Part shown: piece after piece, positions 1 through 13,689 of the stretch
Layout of the letters: every line of letters starts with the position of its first letter
Numbering within the stretch: the stretch's first letter is position 1
NCBI RefSeq assembly: GCF_020745735.1
Contig: NC_083450.1
Coordinates: 10,289,883 to 10,353,882, forward strand
Length of the DNA: 64,000 nucleotides
Source of the DNA: Hemiscyllium ocellatum
Taxonomy: Eukaryota
Reading direction: 5' to 3'
Translations under genes and position numbers: made by a program
The notes under the pieces: generated by a model
The model's input: only the letters and a program-made list of their open reading frames with translations
What the model was told of the DNA's origin: nothing
Database searches by the model: none

Positions 1-310
1 AGTACGCTAGTATTCACTCAGATTTAGAAGGATGATGGGGGATTTGATTTAACTGCTTAAAATTCTAAGTAGCCTGCGCAGCTTAGACGCAGGTTATTTT
101 ACAGATTTGGGAATGTTATAGAACCAAATGGCAGTATCTCAGTTAACATGGCACAGCATTTAGGAATGAGATGAGGAAATAATTGTCCATTCAGAGGGTA
201 GTGAATTTATGAATTAGATTATGGCATTGAGATTGAGGGTCAGTCAGAATTATATTGAATGAAGGCGCAAATTTGAGGGACAGAATGGCCTACTCCTGCT
301 TCGAGTTGCT
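1..310 (+). mobile_element. CR1 LINE 3' fragment
   Basis: gagatgaggaa...cagagggtagtgaatt ... gaatggcctactcctgct, a CR1 3' end. Confidence 0.7.
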
Positions 311-949
311 CTGTTTCTATTTTGCATTAAGCAGTTGACAAAGTAAGAGTTAGAATGACATTAACTCTCAATGTCATTTGAGCAAAATATATCAAATACT
401 ATTCAATATCTCCCAGTCATGTCTCTTGTCCATTCCACACTAAAAAAAAGTAGCTCTAAATTATGGTTCCACAATTCTGGACCCACAGGAAATACGATGC
501 CTTCTGCCATAGGCAGTTTTGTCAGCTAGCATAGCTCTTTTTCGTTCCTTAACTTTTCTTCAGCCTAAGTGTTCCCTATTGTCTTTACAATTATATCAGC
601 ATCCTTGAAGCGAAGAATGCTTTGAAATACAAACCAAACATATTTTCAACGTAACTGACAGAGAGACTGTTGGAAAAACTCAGCAGCATATGTGGAGAGA
701 ACTGCACAGTTGATGTTTCAACTCTGGTATTACTATCCATCACGGCAATATTCAACACACATTGACTTAACCAATAAAACTGTACACAAAAAAAACTTAA
801 ACACAAACAATAAAGCTAAACGTAAAAATGATTGATTGGAAAAATGATTTGTAATTCAAAATTTTGCTACCTATATAACCAGTTTTCAGCAGATGCAGAC
901 AGGCATCTCAACCTTTGAAATAACATCCTGGTGGTAACTTTAAACATAG

Positions 950-1270
950 ATATATAAAAGTGCAGGAGAAGCCTATTCACCCCTTCAAGCCTGGTCTTCT
1001 GCTGAATACCATCATTTCTTGTCATCCAACTCAGTACCTGGTTCTTGCTTTATAACCTCACCTTTGAATCCCTTCAGTCCTTCAGTATCTGACTCCTTGT
1101 TGAACCGTTCAACGCTTCGGTCCCCATTGCTTTCAGTGACAGAAAACACCACAGACTCGTCAGTTACTGGATGGAAAACAAATCACGACTTGTCCTCATC
1201 TTAAATGACTTACTCCAAATACTTAGACTATGATCCCTGGTTCTGGATGAGACACGCCATATTTTCCAAC
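950..1270 (-). mobile_element. CR1 LINE 3' fragment
   Basis: Reverse strand reads ...ccagaaccagggatcatagtcta...gagtctgtgg...ttcaacaaggagtcagata...gcttgaaggggtgaataggcttctcctgc, the degenerate CR1 3' consensus. Confidence 0.7.
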
Positions 1271-1974
1271 CTGTCCAATAAAGAAAACAAGTCAGTTTTT
1301 TTTTAAATGACAAAAATACACACATAGTCCAAATCGGTAAACACAGTGACTCTGAATACAAAAACAATGTACTCCTCATTTTACTCTTCCAGTGATCTAA
1401 ACTTTCCAATTTTTTCGTAAGCCTCCATGCTAAACATGAAATATAGAATTTCAATCATGCAGCACTCACTCAGAAATATTAATTTAGTGAATGATTCTCT
1501 TTAAATATTTAAGCAGTTAATTCAGTTGGCTGGCCAAGATGACTGGTTTCCGATGCAGAGTGGCTCCAACAGTAAGAAGTCAAATCCTGAAGTGGATTGC
1601 GTATCTATCAAGGTCCCTCGACCGAGGCATCGTAGTTCTCATGTTAAACCTCTGGGGCTATGACGCCATTACCTGACATATTTGATGACGATTGATGAAG
1701 AGTGTGCTCGTCAGTCTTCCATGGTGGAAAGGTCATGTGGAAATAAATAAGAGGATAGATAAACGACAACGTTTGCTATTGTCAGTTATTGATTGCGGAG
1801 ACTGTTAAGACAGAGGCATCAATGCCATCATTTAGTAATGTAAGCAATTGTGGAATCTGAACGTGAAAAGCTAGGTATTCATCGTTCTGACAACTTTTGT
1901 GATTTTAAATATCTTTTAAACAAGCTACTGAAAGCAAATTAAAGAGTGCTACGTCATATCCATTGTTCAAAGTT

Positions 1975-2400
1975 TGTGAGAAGATTTGTAGCTCGGGTAC
2001 TCGTTGTTGTGGTTCTGTTCGCCGAGCTGGGAGTTTTTGTTGCAAACGTTTCGTCCCCTTTCTAGGTGACATCTTCAGTGCTTGGGAGCCTTCTGTGAAG
2101 CGCTTCTGTGCTGATTCCCCCGGCATTTATACTGGTTTGAATCTGCCGCTTCCGGGTGTCAGTTGCTGTCCGCTGCAGTGGTCGGTATATAGGGTCTAGT
2201 TCGATGTATCTATTGATAGAATTTGTGGCTGAGTGCCATGCCTCTAGGAATTCCCTGGCTGTTCTCTGTTTGGCCTGCCCTATAATAGTGGTGTTGTCCC
2301 AATCGAATTCGTGTTGTTTGTCATCTGAGTGTATGGCTACTAGGGATAGCTGGTCGTGTCGTTTCGTGGCTTTATCCATTGTTGTTATTATCAGAAATAT
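1975..2400 (-). mobile_element. Penelope-like element 3' remnant (GIY-YIG endonuclease C-terminus + pLTR with hammerhead motif)
   Basis: ORF 2062-2487: HEFDWDNTTIIGQAKQRTAREFLEAWHS...INRYIELDPIY, typical of PLE GIY-YIG C-termini; followed by CTGAAGA...GAAACGTT. Confidence 0.85.
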
Positions 2401-4779
2401 TATGGACAAAGATATTGGCATGCAGCACACAACAGATTGAATATCAACCGTGAGATGTGGCTTTAGTGTCTCTCGAAATGGTAACAAAAACCTGGTCTTT
2501 GAGAAGGATCAAACTACAGACATTTCTTACTTGGGGAACGTTGGGTATACTGTTACATCGAACACAAAGCGTTCACATTGGGAACAATGAAATATTGAGG
2601 AATATGGTTGCAATTGTTGCAGGACGATTAAGTACACAAGCAAGGAAGTCTGCATTAAAACGTTGAATTCCTTTGAAGAGCTGCAACTGACTCTATGTGC
2701 ATTCTTGATCCCCAGAAAGAATTTTGAAAGAAGGGCATGCAAATCTTTCAATCTGAGCTGTAACCATTTATTAATTTGTTGCTAGGATAGAAAGATGTTT
2801 TTAATGGTGAGAGGCTGAATACATTGAACCAATGCTGTGTAGATTTCTTAAGAATAAGAACTGAGAACATTGATTAATTAGATTCTGATAACGTTTGGTT
2901 ACATATTTCAATGTGTGAATCTTTAGAATAATTGATTTTCAAGCTTCGTACCTTAAACAAAGCATGTAATAATTTATTACATACAAGCTGACATTATTAG
3001 AGATAAAACTAAACAGCATGGTAAGATGATTAAAATTTTCCCTTAAATTTGAAACATTTGTTCAGGATCATCCATGTAAAAGATGGATAGATAAGCAATG
3101 AGAGCTCAAGAATAAATAAAACAAAATAATAAAACTGACCAGATTGTTTAAATGTCTTCAGGTATTGTTAAACTTTATTTGTGTGCAAGGCAGCGCTAGA
3201 TAATCTTTCTGTCTCTCAGTAACCTGAAAAAGAAATTCGAAAATTCATCCAAGAAACGTTTAGAACTTTTGCTGACTTCTCTTTACTCTTTTTCAAACTT
3301 TGAATCAGCTCAGGAAAAGACTGATGAACTTTCGGACATTTTTGGTTAAGAAAACCAAAATAGAGAGAAAGCAAACTGTCTTTGTGAATTCAAGCCTGGA
3401 GGCTAATTTCAGGGTGAACCTTGTTTCGAATTTCTAATAGATGCGACGACGCTCAGGAAATACATTGCATTTAAACAGATAGCAGCCGTTGTTTGCTAAG
3501 GAAATCTGAACGTGGAAGTTGGTTCTTGTCAGTATGAAGGATACTTTATCTTCTCACAAACGTAAGTTGTTGAATCTTGACTTAGGCTTTGAGGAGAGTC
3601 AATCAGTGTATTGGGGATAAAACGGGATGAAAGTTGTTATTTGGACCATGTTTGCTGCGTGATGGTGTTAGAAGCCTGCTGAGACAGTATGAAAATCTGT
3701 AACCTCCCCATCTAATCTGATAAACTTGCTTGTGGAAGGCAAAAGAGGGAAAGCTGAGTTAGAAGTATTGTTCTATTTGCCTGGGCAAACTGTGAAGATA
3801 ACCAAGACCCACGCTTCAGGAAAATAAAACATCCTCAGAGCCCACGTTTATGCATGTGAACAACATATTTGAAAGGACATTTGGCAAACTTTGTTATTAC
3901 CTTTTAGTTATCTCTGAAATGTCATTATTTGTCTTGCGTGAATGGATAAGAAAAATATTTCTCTTTAAGAGCACCAGTGTTGATCTCCTTACTGTGCTGT
4001 TTAGTTTCCGCTCTCCTAACATTAGTTTGTATCTAATAAAATCTTATGCGTTTTGTTTAAGGTACAAAACATATGTCTGAAAACTTAATATTCACAACGT
4101 TGGGGATAAACTTTAAAAAAAGACTGGTTAGCAACATTGGAGTAAATTTTTGGGAGCCCCCGACAGTTAAGTTTACCGTGTGGAAAATATAGAGGTAGAA
4201 AAATGCTCTGGTTTGGCTGCCTTTTCCCGCATCTTTACAACACATGATCAATGAGGATCACATTGAAATATCCATCAGGTTCAAACGTCCCCATCTGTAC
4301 ATATTTCTAAGTTTTTCTTTACTTTTACAATTTCTTCCATGCAGTAATGCGAAGGCAGAACTCACCAGCTCAAGGGAAGTTTGAGATGAACAGGAAAAAA
4401 AAAGCCTTTTAACGTAAAGCTTCACAAAGGAACCAAAACACAGCTGATGAAGTGAAATGAGGTCGAACGATATGGAAAGCCCTCACCACGCTTTTTGGCC
4501 AGATTCAGTAAATCAAATTCTTCCGAAAGTCCGTCATGACCGAACGCTGCAATAGGTATAAATCACACGAAAGGGAGAATGGAACTCAAAATTATAATTA
4601 TAATTGTGCTGAGAACAATGTTGGTTGAGGAGTTCCCAAGTCCCGGTGGATTTCATTTTAGCTTCTTAAAGGAATTAGTGAAATATTTGAAACATGCTTT
4701 TTAATATTCTGAAATATTTTAGATTTGGCTTTAGATTTTAAAATAGTTATTAAAAGCTGTGTATTTAAAAAAAATGAGG

Positions 4780-6600
4780 AGGGCAGAAAGCGGGAAACTA
4801 CAGCTCTGTTTACATTAAGTAGTCCATTTGAAAAGGTTAGAAGCTATAATTAAACATGTTATGACAGAGCTCTAGGTAACTTCAGGATAGCGTTTGGGAA
4901 AGCCAAAATTATTTCGTCAAACAGAAATTATATTTATGAGTTGGAAAGTTATGTTGAGGCTGGCGTTGAGGTTTCTTCTGGAGCAATGTGTAATGTTCTG
5001 CTTGTCCTGATCGAGGAAGGTTATTATTAAATTGGAGTGGGTCCAAAAAAAATTTCAGCAGCATATTGCATAGAATGATGGTTTTGAGTGAGAAAAATAG
5101 GCTGGATAGGCTTGGACTATTTTCACTGTAGCGTAGGAGACTAATTGTTGGCCTTATAGAGATATAGAAAATCGTAAGGAGCAGAGATGAGATGGATAAA
5201 TGGCATTTTCTCGAGCATGAGGGAATTCAAAACAAGGGGGCACATTTTTAAGGTGAGAAGAGAAATTTTTAAAAAAGGACATGAAGGGCAATCTTTTTAC
5301 ACAGTGTGTTTCGTGTGGAATGAACTACCAGACGAAGTGGTGAATGCAAATACAGGTGTACCATTAAAAAAAACTTGGATAAGTACATGAATCGGGAAGG
5401 CTGAGAGGATATGGGCCAAATGCAGGTAAGTAGGACTTTTTAACATTGAAAGCATAATTGACGTGAAATAATTGGACTGAAGGGTCTGTTTGGATGCTGT
5501 ATGGCATCTATGACTCCATTTTTTTCTAAATCGCTTGTGCTGCAGCTAAGGTGGATGCATTAAACGTAGATTTCAGGAAGGCATTTGAGTAGTTGGCATA
5601 TCAAATTTTATTTCAGAATATAAAAGCACATCGTGTAGGCTGTAGCATTTTGCCATGGATTGAAAAATAGCTAACTAACAAGAAGCGAAATATCTGAATA
5701 CTTTCTTTTCTGGTTGGCAGGATGTCACGGATCATCAGGTTTTAACTCTGCAGTTTATGTAATCAATTTGAATGAAGTGATCGAAAATATGGTAACCAAA
5801 CTGCATTTAGAGCAAGGATGGGTAGGGAAATGAGTTCTGAAGAGTATACAAGAAGCATATGAGGAAAAGTTTGAAATTGTTCACTTCAGAAGAAAATATG
5901 AATTTACGGTCATTATCAAAGTATTGAAAAACTGCTCATCTCTGAGATTCAGACAGATCTGAGTTTGCTGGTGCAAAATCGCAGAAGGTGAGTATTCAGG
6001 TCGAACAAGTAATCTGAAAACCTAATAGAATGCAATATTTTATTGTGAGCCGAACCGAATGAAAATGGAAGGAGGGTATGCTTCAGGTAAATTTGGCATT
6101 TTAGATATGTATCTGGTGTACTAAGTACAGCATTTGTCACCATACGTATGAGAGACTTGCCTGAATGAGTACATGGAATGAACGGATTAGCCAAGCTAAT
6201 CTTTCGTCCTCTTGCAAGGTCTAAAATGATTTATTTGAAACATATAAAGCTCATAAGATGACTTCGCTGGTTGACAGTGAAAAGAATGCTTCCTCTTGTC
6301 GAAAAATCTAGAACTGGGAGACATAATTTAAACTTAGGATCGCCCATTTAAAACCGAGATGAAGAAGCTTTTTTTTCACTCAAAGCTTTTTGAATCATTG
6401 TAATTAATGTCCTCAAGGGCAATGGGTGCAAACCATAAAAGAATTTTGAACGCAGAGATAGATAGATTTTTGATTATCCCATCGATGATGGGTTTTCGAG
6501 CCTAACGTTGAACTAAGTTTAAAATAAGAATAGCCTCGACTTATTGAATGTTGAAAGGAACTCGAGGTCAACTTCTTGTTCTCTGTTTGTAATTCGAATG
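4780..6600 (+). mobile_element. Two adjacent CR1 LINE RT/3' fragments (~4780-5510 and ~5540-6600)
   Basis: RT C-terminal remnants (RGHIFKV, FYTVCFVWNELP, gatttcaggaaggcatttga) and two CR1 3' tails. Confidence 0.75.
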
Positions 6601-6959
6601 TTTCATTTCAGAAGGGTGGGTATCAATTGGGATTCCCAGGTCACTTGACGATTAATTAAAGCCATACAATGAACACATCAGTAAACACTTCTATAATCTG
6701 CTACTTAAAGTTTGAGGTCACTTTCCACTAAAAAGTATCTATTTGAAAAGCGTTGAAGGAGAAGTCGTGAACCATGACTGGTTGATCTTGCATATATAAG
6801 TTTTGGAGCAGCATTTGGGGAAGGAGGTATGTAGGGTGGAGCTCTTTTTCCTGACTTGTCTCCATCAGAAAGGGACACATCGAAAGTGGAGGTTACTGAA
6901 AAATTGTAGCAAACAAAGGAAACGTGGTGACTGCGAATGAAGTACAGGGAAAAATAGCG

Positions 6960-9900
6960 TCAGCTTTGTTAGAAATTCTCTTGTTGCAACAGTCCAGGTT
7001 GCCAGCTCTTACTAGATTGAGTTTCCTCAATATCTTTCGAAACCTGTCCTATTCATGCACCTGTCCAAATGTTTTATAAATATTGCACAGTAATTACATC
7101 TGCCTCAAACACTTCATCTGACAGTTCGTTTCATATATGCACCCATTCTCTGTGTGAAAAAAGGGCCACAGGTCTCTTTGCAATATTTGGCCTCTCACCT
7201 TAAGTCTGTGTTCATTAGTTCTTGGATTTGTCTAATCTGGGGAGACATGATTAAGCATTTGGCTGATCTATGCCTGTCATGACTTAATAGACTTCTACAT
7301 GAAAACCTTCCAGCCTTCTAGAGAAAAAAAGAAAACAGCTATCCAGAATCTCCTTATAACCCAAACCTTCCAGTCTTGGTAACAGCCTTGTAAATTTTTT
7401 TCCCATTTAATAGCATCATTCTGATGGCCGGCGTCTAGAATTGCAGACAGTAGTCCAAATGTGGCCTTACCAATATGATGGACCAGACCGTACCCAACCA
7501 AAATATGCTAAGAAGATAGCGTAGTTGCTACATTTTTCCTACTTTAAAGGCAAACGGCAGTAATTGCGCTTTGGATGTAATTCGATTGGCCAAACTAGCA
7601 GACTGAAACCAAAATACACTTTACTTAAAACATATGGTTAAAATACTCCAACAAAGGAACAAAAAGAGTGCCAACCATCTGACACTCTGAGAGCTGGCTC
7701 AAAAAAAAGAAACATAACTCCGTCCAAGAACCTAGTAGAACAGTATATTACTTAACCAGTAAAAGACAATTGTTCCCATGCAGTAACATTCCATAGCCTC
7801 ACCCTTGGCAAATAAAAATTTTGTAAAATCGATTGTCTCATGTGTGCTTCTCCAGTCCAGCAGGGAAAATATCAAGAGAAAAGTCTGAGAGAAAGAGAGG
7901 AACAGCGAGAAATGTACAGAAGTTCCCAAACCCAGCTTCAAGACCGTAGTAAAAAGTGTGACAGAAAATGTAAAACTAAAAGTCCTGCCTTGAGGGGGGC
8001 TTGACCACGCGTATACAGTTTGCTTCTATTGTCACAACAAAAATAGAAAATCTTCAAGGGCTCACAAGCTGTTTAATTGGATTAACATAGACAGCTCGTT
8101 GCCTCTGTGTAAAATTGCTCTTCACAAGAAAAATATTACAAAATGCACCTCGTAAAGCCATTGTATCGCCACACCAATGTTTTTGACCATTGTAACATGA
8201 CGTGTTAATTCGTGTAGTTAATGCCTTAGAAATTAATGCATGGTTGCCAACTGCCATCTTCACCGATCTGTCTATCTGCTATGTCACTGTCAGAGTACTC
8301 TGTATTTTCAGCCTTAATTTTCTTTGTTCGACAACAGTCTGCAGAGCCCTATAATTAACTGCGAAGGTATTGCCCTTGTTTGTCTTACGAAAATGCAACA
8401 ACTATTATTTATCTGAGTTAAACTACTCCTCAGTTCACTGCTCTGTTGAACAATATGTGGAGGAACTCTTAGATAAACTTCTTCATTCTCCATTATACCA
8501 CCAATTTTTTGTCACTCACAAACTTTCAACGCATACATCCTGTATTCTCATTCAAATCGTTCATATAGATGATGAATGACAGTGGACCCAAAATTGATCC
8601 TTGTCAGAAAGTGCTGGCTGCAGGCCTCCTGTCTGAAAAGCAACGAACATCCTCTGTCTCATTTTATCAAGCCAATTTCGTATTCAGTTTTCTAACACTC
8701 CCTGAATCCCACGTGATCTCACCTTCCTTACCAATTTACCATATTATGCCTTGCTGAAGGCCTATTTAAAGTCCATGAAGACAACGTTTACCATATTACT
8801 CTCATTTATCTTCGTGGTTACCTCTTTTAAAAAAAACTCAATCGAGTTTGTGAGGCACAACTTATTATGTACAAAACCATGCCTACTGTCTCTAATCAAG
8901 TCCTTGAGTTCTCAAATACGTACAGATCATGTCTCTTTGAATCCCCTTCATCATCTTCTTTAGGATCTTTAGGATCCTATGGACTTCAGGATTACCCGTC
9001 AGTGGTTCCTTGCAGCCTTTCTTACATATTGACACAATATTAGTCATCTTTCAGAACCTTAGGTTTCAAAAATACAAATATCTCCTTGAGGGACACTTCA
9101 CCCCCACAATTTCCTCCGTTGATGTCCACAATTTCCTGGAATAAACTTGATCAGTTCCCGATATCTAACTTTATACATTTCAAGACCTCCAAGACCTTCA
9201 CTTCTGTAATGTGAACTCATTTGGCGGCACGGTGGCACAGTGGTTAACACTGCTGCCTCACAGCGCCAGGGACCTGGGTTCAATTCCCACATCAGGCAAC
9301 TGACTGTGTGGAGTTTGCACATTCTCCCCGTGTCTGCGTGGGTTTTCTCCGGGTGCTCCGGTTTCCTCCCACAGTCCAAAGATGTGCGGGTCAGGTGAAT
9401 TGGCCATGCTAAATTGGCCGTAGTGTAAGGTACGGGGTATGGGTGGGTTGCGCTTCGGCGGGTCGGTGTGGACTTGTTGGGCCGAAGGGCCTGTTTCCAC
9501 ACTGTAAGTAATCTAATCTAATTTCAAGACATTACGAATTACTTCTCCCATTTCCATGGCTTCCCTATCCTTTTCCACGGTAAATACTGACGAGAAACAT
9601 CTTCTGTGTCTTTACACAAAAATTTTTCAGTTTCCTTGAAGTGTCCCAATTATCTCCCTCGTTATGCTTTTACAGTTACTATACGTGTTGAACCGTTTTG
9701 AGTTCTCCTTTATCCTATATGCCAAACTATCTAACATCATCTTTTTGCCCTCTTGATTTCCCTCTTAAATATGCTCCTAAATCCCCTGTCTTCCGCAAGG
9801 GATTCAGTAGTTTACATTTGCATCCTTATTTTTCATGACCAGAAAACAAAATCTCGGATCATTTAGTGTTCCCGACTCGTCCCAGCCTTGCCTTTCACAC

Positions 9901-10030
9901 TAACAGGAACATGCTAGCATTAACCTCTCGATATCTTGCTTTTGAAATCCCTCCAATTTGCCAGACTTCCCTTAGTCTATGGACAGCCACTCCGAGTAAC
10001 ATTTGAAAGGTGCTGTCTTAAACCACCAAA
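6960..10030 (-). mobile_element. Cluster of minus-strand CR1 fragments (~6960-7500, ~8400-9190, ~9530-10030)
   Basis: Reverse CR1 3' end (cctgtccaaatgttttataaatattg..., ctctgtgtgaaaaaa) and RT motifs (gtggacccaaaattgatccttg = reverse GVPQGS; aaggcctatttaaagtccatg = reverse MDF.KAF). Confidence 0.7.
9223..9521 (+). mobile_element. tRNA-derived HE1-type V-SINE, young copy
   Basis: GGCGGCACGGTGGCACAGTGG (A box)...GGTTCAATTCC (B box), V-domain tgtgtggagtttgcacattctccccgtgtctgcgtggg, CR1-like 3' tail gggcctgtttccacactgtaagt(aatct)n. Confidence 0.9.
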
Positions 10031-10854
10031 GTTCACCATTCGCCAATTGAAAATGTTACCTGTTGCTGATGTACATGTGCTGCGCAGATATGTTGATCTT
10101 TGTCCTTATTTATAAACAAAACACACTAGTTTTATAATGGTGCACTGCTAGTTGGTCAGCAGTGTATTAATTTCTTCCATATTATAATTATATTTATTTG
10201 AACAAAAACACATCACATCACAAATTTTGCTTACTCAAGACATAAATGTTTATTTGAATTTTTGTAAAAAATCATTGGAATCACATACTTTCCAATAGAT
10301 GTGCAAAACCGCGCATTATTGAATTGTCATTTAAGGTATCTTCGTAATTCGGAGTATGTTGACCAGGCTAGAATATATTACCTTCTCCTAACTGTCCTGG
10401 TGAATTTTTCACTGTAATAGCATGTACCTGAAGTGCATGCATTGTCACTAAAACACAGTTATCTGTTGGCTCGGAGTCAAGCTGTTGGTATTTTGTGAAT
10501 CAAATTGTGTACTTCAGAAGGGATCATCTGAGTTTTTAAAGCCTGGCAACTTTCAACTTCCATTCTCCACATATTTTTCAAGTAAATTCTGGAGAACAGT
10601 TTAACACTTCATTTAGTAATATTCTTAGGAAATATTCATGAATTTGTGAACCATCCATTTCATTAAATTAACGAAACAGTATAAGGAAGTATAAACTTAC
10701 AATAAGGCCTTTCCTTGGGATTTTGTCTGCATGATTTTAATAGAAGCTCTGCGACAGTTCCAATTGGGATACAGATCAACGACGAAAATTCTCCTGAAGG
10801 GGCTATGGAAATTGCGACCCAAAATTCTCTAAGTTTCAAAAACAAATTGTCATT

Positions 10855-11501
10855 TTTCACGAAAATGTTTTGTTCCTTTTTTCTAAAAGCTGTTCATTTC
10901 CTCAGGGATGCTATGTCTTTGTTTTGTTTTCAGAAGGTTCTTAAACGCTCCTGGTGTCGATTAGACTGTTGTGGCACAGAGATTAAAGGGTATTGAGAGA
11001 CATTTTTGTTTTCTGTAAACAGTTGAGTCTTTAGGCTAGAGTGGTCATGTTTTAGAAGTGACCTGTACGATGTAAGAGAGTTGTCAGCTCGCTAGCTGAG
11101 CAGTTCAGTCCAGAACTAGTGGGGAGTTCAACAGTGAACTGCGTGGAAATTCTCTTTCTCACTTTCTGCCCTTCTAACTTCAACCTGGAAGCACTGGTTC
11201 TATTTTTTTAAAAAGTTGTCTTTAAGGGGTTTGTTAATGGGACTGTTGTGTATATTCAGAACAGCATAATTAAGTCTAGTTTAGATAGACGGAGTACTTT
11301 CGAGGTTATTTATTCTGTTTTTTTTAGTCTTTCATTGCGTGCTTATTTGAATAATTATTTTGTCTGTTTTAAATCCTGGTACACAACGTAGCGAGCTGAC
11401 TCTCGTTAACTTTCACTGTACATTTACAGAATCAAATTGCAAAGTTTGGTCTGGGTTGCCTGCTCAAGAATGTTTTGAGTGGTCTGGGCTAGTCCATAAC
11501 A
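10855..11501 (+). repeat. 5' LTR of the Gmr1-like element
   Basis: Colinear with 16400-17038 (e.g. gtggtcatgttttagaagtga, cagttcagtccagaactagtggg, ctagtccataaca); the terminal TG has decayed to TT. Confidence 0.9.
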
Positions 11502-11505
11502 GAAT

Positions 11506-11523
11506 TGGGGCTCTTTACGGGAT
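11506..11523 (+). promoter_or_regulatory. Primer-binding site, tRNA-Pro type (degenerate)
   Basis: tggggctctttacgggat, 4 nt after the LTR, resembles TGGGGGCTCGTCCGGGAT, the complement of the tRNA-Pro 3' end. Confidence 0.7.
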
Positions 11524-11599
11524 TTTAGGCAGCGAGTGGTAGGTTCGAGTATCTTTATTTCGGATGTAGCTTGGTTGTGTAAACAAAACCTGGATAGCA

Positions 11600-12850
11600 A
11601 TGGCTCTTTCAGTCGCCAAACATTTTCTGGAAAAGGGTGCAGTGATTTTAGAAGTTTTGGAAAAGGTGAATAAGACCAAGCTGCAGGAATTAGCAGACAA
11701 GCTGGAATTGGAACTGCCTGCTTCCGTGAGGAAAGGAGAGGCAAGTACAGCAGTAGCTCAGCATTTACACTTGCTGGAGAAACCACCAGAATCTATAGAC
11801 ATGGCAGGTATTCATTTGCAAACGAAGCAACTTGAGTTAGCTGTGAGAGATAAGGGAAGGGCAGTAAAAATGAAACAGTTTGAGTTACAATTAAAAACAA
11901 AAAGGAGGGAAAAGGCAGAGCAGCAGAACAGAGAGAAAAAGAGATAGCAGCAGAAGAGAGGGAAAAGAGAGATCAGAGAAAAAAACAGAGCTTTTGAACT
12001 TCAACAACTGATACTTCACAAGGAAAGTCAGCTTAAAAGGAGATAAAGGCTGTGGATAGAGTTAGTGAGGAAGACAGTGAGAATGGACAAGCCATGGCAG
12101 TCAGAAGTCCAGTTAGAAACCGTTTACGTATGTCCAAGCATTGAATGCATTTGATGAAAATGATGTGGAAGCCTTTTTCATCTCATTTGAAAAGGTGACT
12201 AAACGAATGCAATGGCCAGTGTCAATGTGGGTTTTGTTGATCCAAACGAAACTTGTAGGATGGGCTAGTGAGGTGTTCGCATCACTATCAGAAGTGGTAT
12301 CTGTGGAGTATGAGGAGGTGAAAAAGCCATTTTAAGTGAATATGAGCTTGTACCAGAAACCGAAAGCTAACGTTTCAGGAATCTAAGGAGGGGCCCTGGT
12401 TAAATCTATATTGAGTTTGAAAGGATCAAAAAGAGTAATTTCTGGAGATGGATGAGAGTTTAATAATTGAGCAAATCTATGATGCCCTTAGAGAGGAAAT
12501 TATTTTGGATGAATACAAGAATTCATTGCCTGAAGTAACGCAAACTTCTGCAGAAGAGCAGAGAGTTAAAAAAGCAAAATTAGCAGCTGAAGTCGCCAAT
12601 GATTACAAGCTGCTCCATAAAACTCGCTTTGGCTTCCAGAATCAATTTCAGTCCAGGAGGGATAGAAAATGGGGCAAAAAGAAATCCTCACGTGGAAATG
12701 GCAAGATTGATCTCAGTGAAGATCGTAGGATAACTTACCACAGGGTAAAAAAAAACTCTTGAGGTGTCAAAGATGTTAAAAAGCCCCAGATTTTCATTGT
12801 ACTAAAGTGGGCAACACGAAATCACAATGTTGGTGGGCTAGGAGAAATCC
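11600..12850 (+). pseudogene. gag remnant with SCAN-like capsid region and zinc knuckle
   Basis: Broken ORFs 11600-11947, 12141-12335 (VEAFFISFEKVTKRMQWPVSMWVLLIQTKLVG) and 12448-12762 (IILDEYKNSLP...KLAAEVANDYKL); CCHC-like remnant near 12790-12835. Confidence 0.75.
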
Positions 12851-13689
12851 AGATGTAGGCGAACCAGACAATTCTGGAAGGTTTGTTAAACTAATAACAA
12901 AAAAACACAAGGGAAGTCAGACAACTGCCTCAGAATGTACAAGATGATCAGGGGTTGATTAAGGAGGAAGTGCCAGACCTGCATAAAAAAAAAATAAATG
13001 CAAGGGTAAAGTTTATTCATATAGGCTGGCACAGTAGTTAAGGAGGTTACAATATTAAGGGCCACGGGGCATCTGTCAGTTTGTAGTGTGAAGGAAGAGG
13101 AGGTATGTACTCCTGAGGGACTATTGCCAGAAAATTGAGTCTAGAGAGAGTCCAGAGAAGAGTGGAGAATTTGTAGTAGGAGTACTGGGCAAACTCTCAG
13201 TTCTAGGAATACAATTTGATGTTGCAAATGATATAGCTGAATCACCGGTAGGCGTGCAGCCTACTCTAGTTGAAAAATCAGTGGGGATGCAAATAACTGA
13301 AGGATGTTTATCCAGGAATCTTCCCTGATTGTGTGGTCAGGAGATCACAGAGGCACAAGTTGAAGCAGGAGGGATCAAAATTCTGGCAAAGCTTCATCTG
13401 AGACTTGTTTGATCAGATAAATGAGGCTTGGGGGTGCAAATAGATTAACATGGAACTCTCTTTAGCTCTTCTATGTTCATTGAATTACAGCAGAAAGATG
13501 AGGAGTGAAAACAGTTGTGTCAAAATCTATCTACAGAGAAGGAGAATGAATGCATCTCTCTGTGTTATTACTTAACAAATGGTGTCTAAATGAGGAACGA
13601 GACCTCACGAATTAAAGCATCACTCATTCAAGCAGATGAGAAATGGGCAGAATTCATCAAATCGTTTTTCCAGTAGGGTATAGAAAGGA

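Noticed and set aside
591-806. Strong minus-strand acceptor at ~781 with a 71-aa ORF
   Set aside because: The downstream sequence contains a common shark short repeat (ctctccacatatgctgctgagtttttcc); no domain and no donor.
1062-1270. Apparent minus-strand exons (GWKIWRVSS..., ITDESVVFSV...GFK)
   Set aside because: The implied intron is only 47 nt and the DNA matches a degenerate CR1 3' end.
9223-9300. tRNA-like A/B boxes
   Set aside because: This is the head of an HE1-type SINE, not a tRNA gene; the same applies at 54561 and 61145.
10697-10830. Possible minus-strand exon ending in a gtaagt donor
   Set aside because: Translations resemble nothing, it abuts the LTR insertion site, and no linked exons were found.
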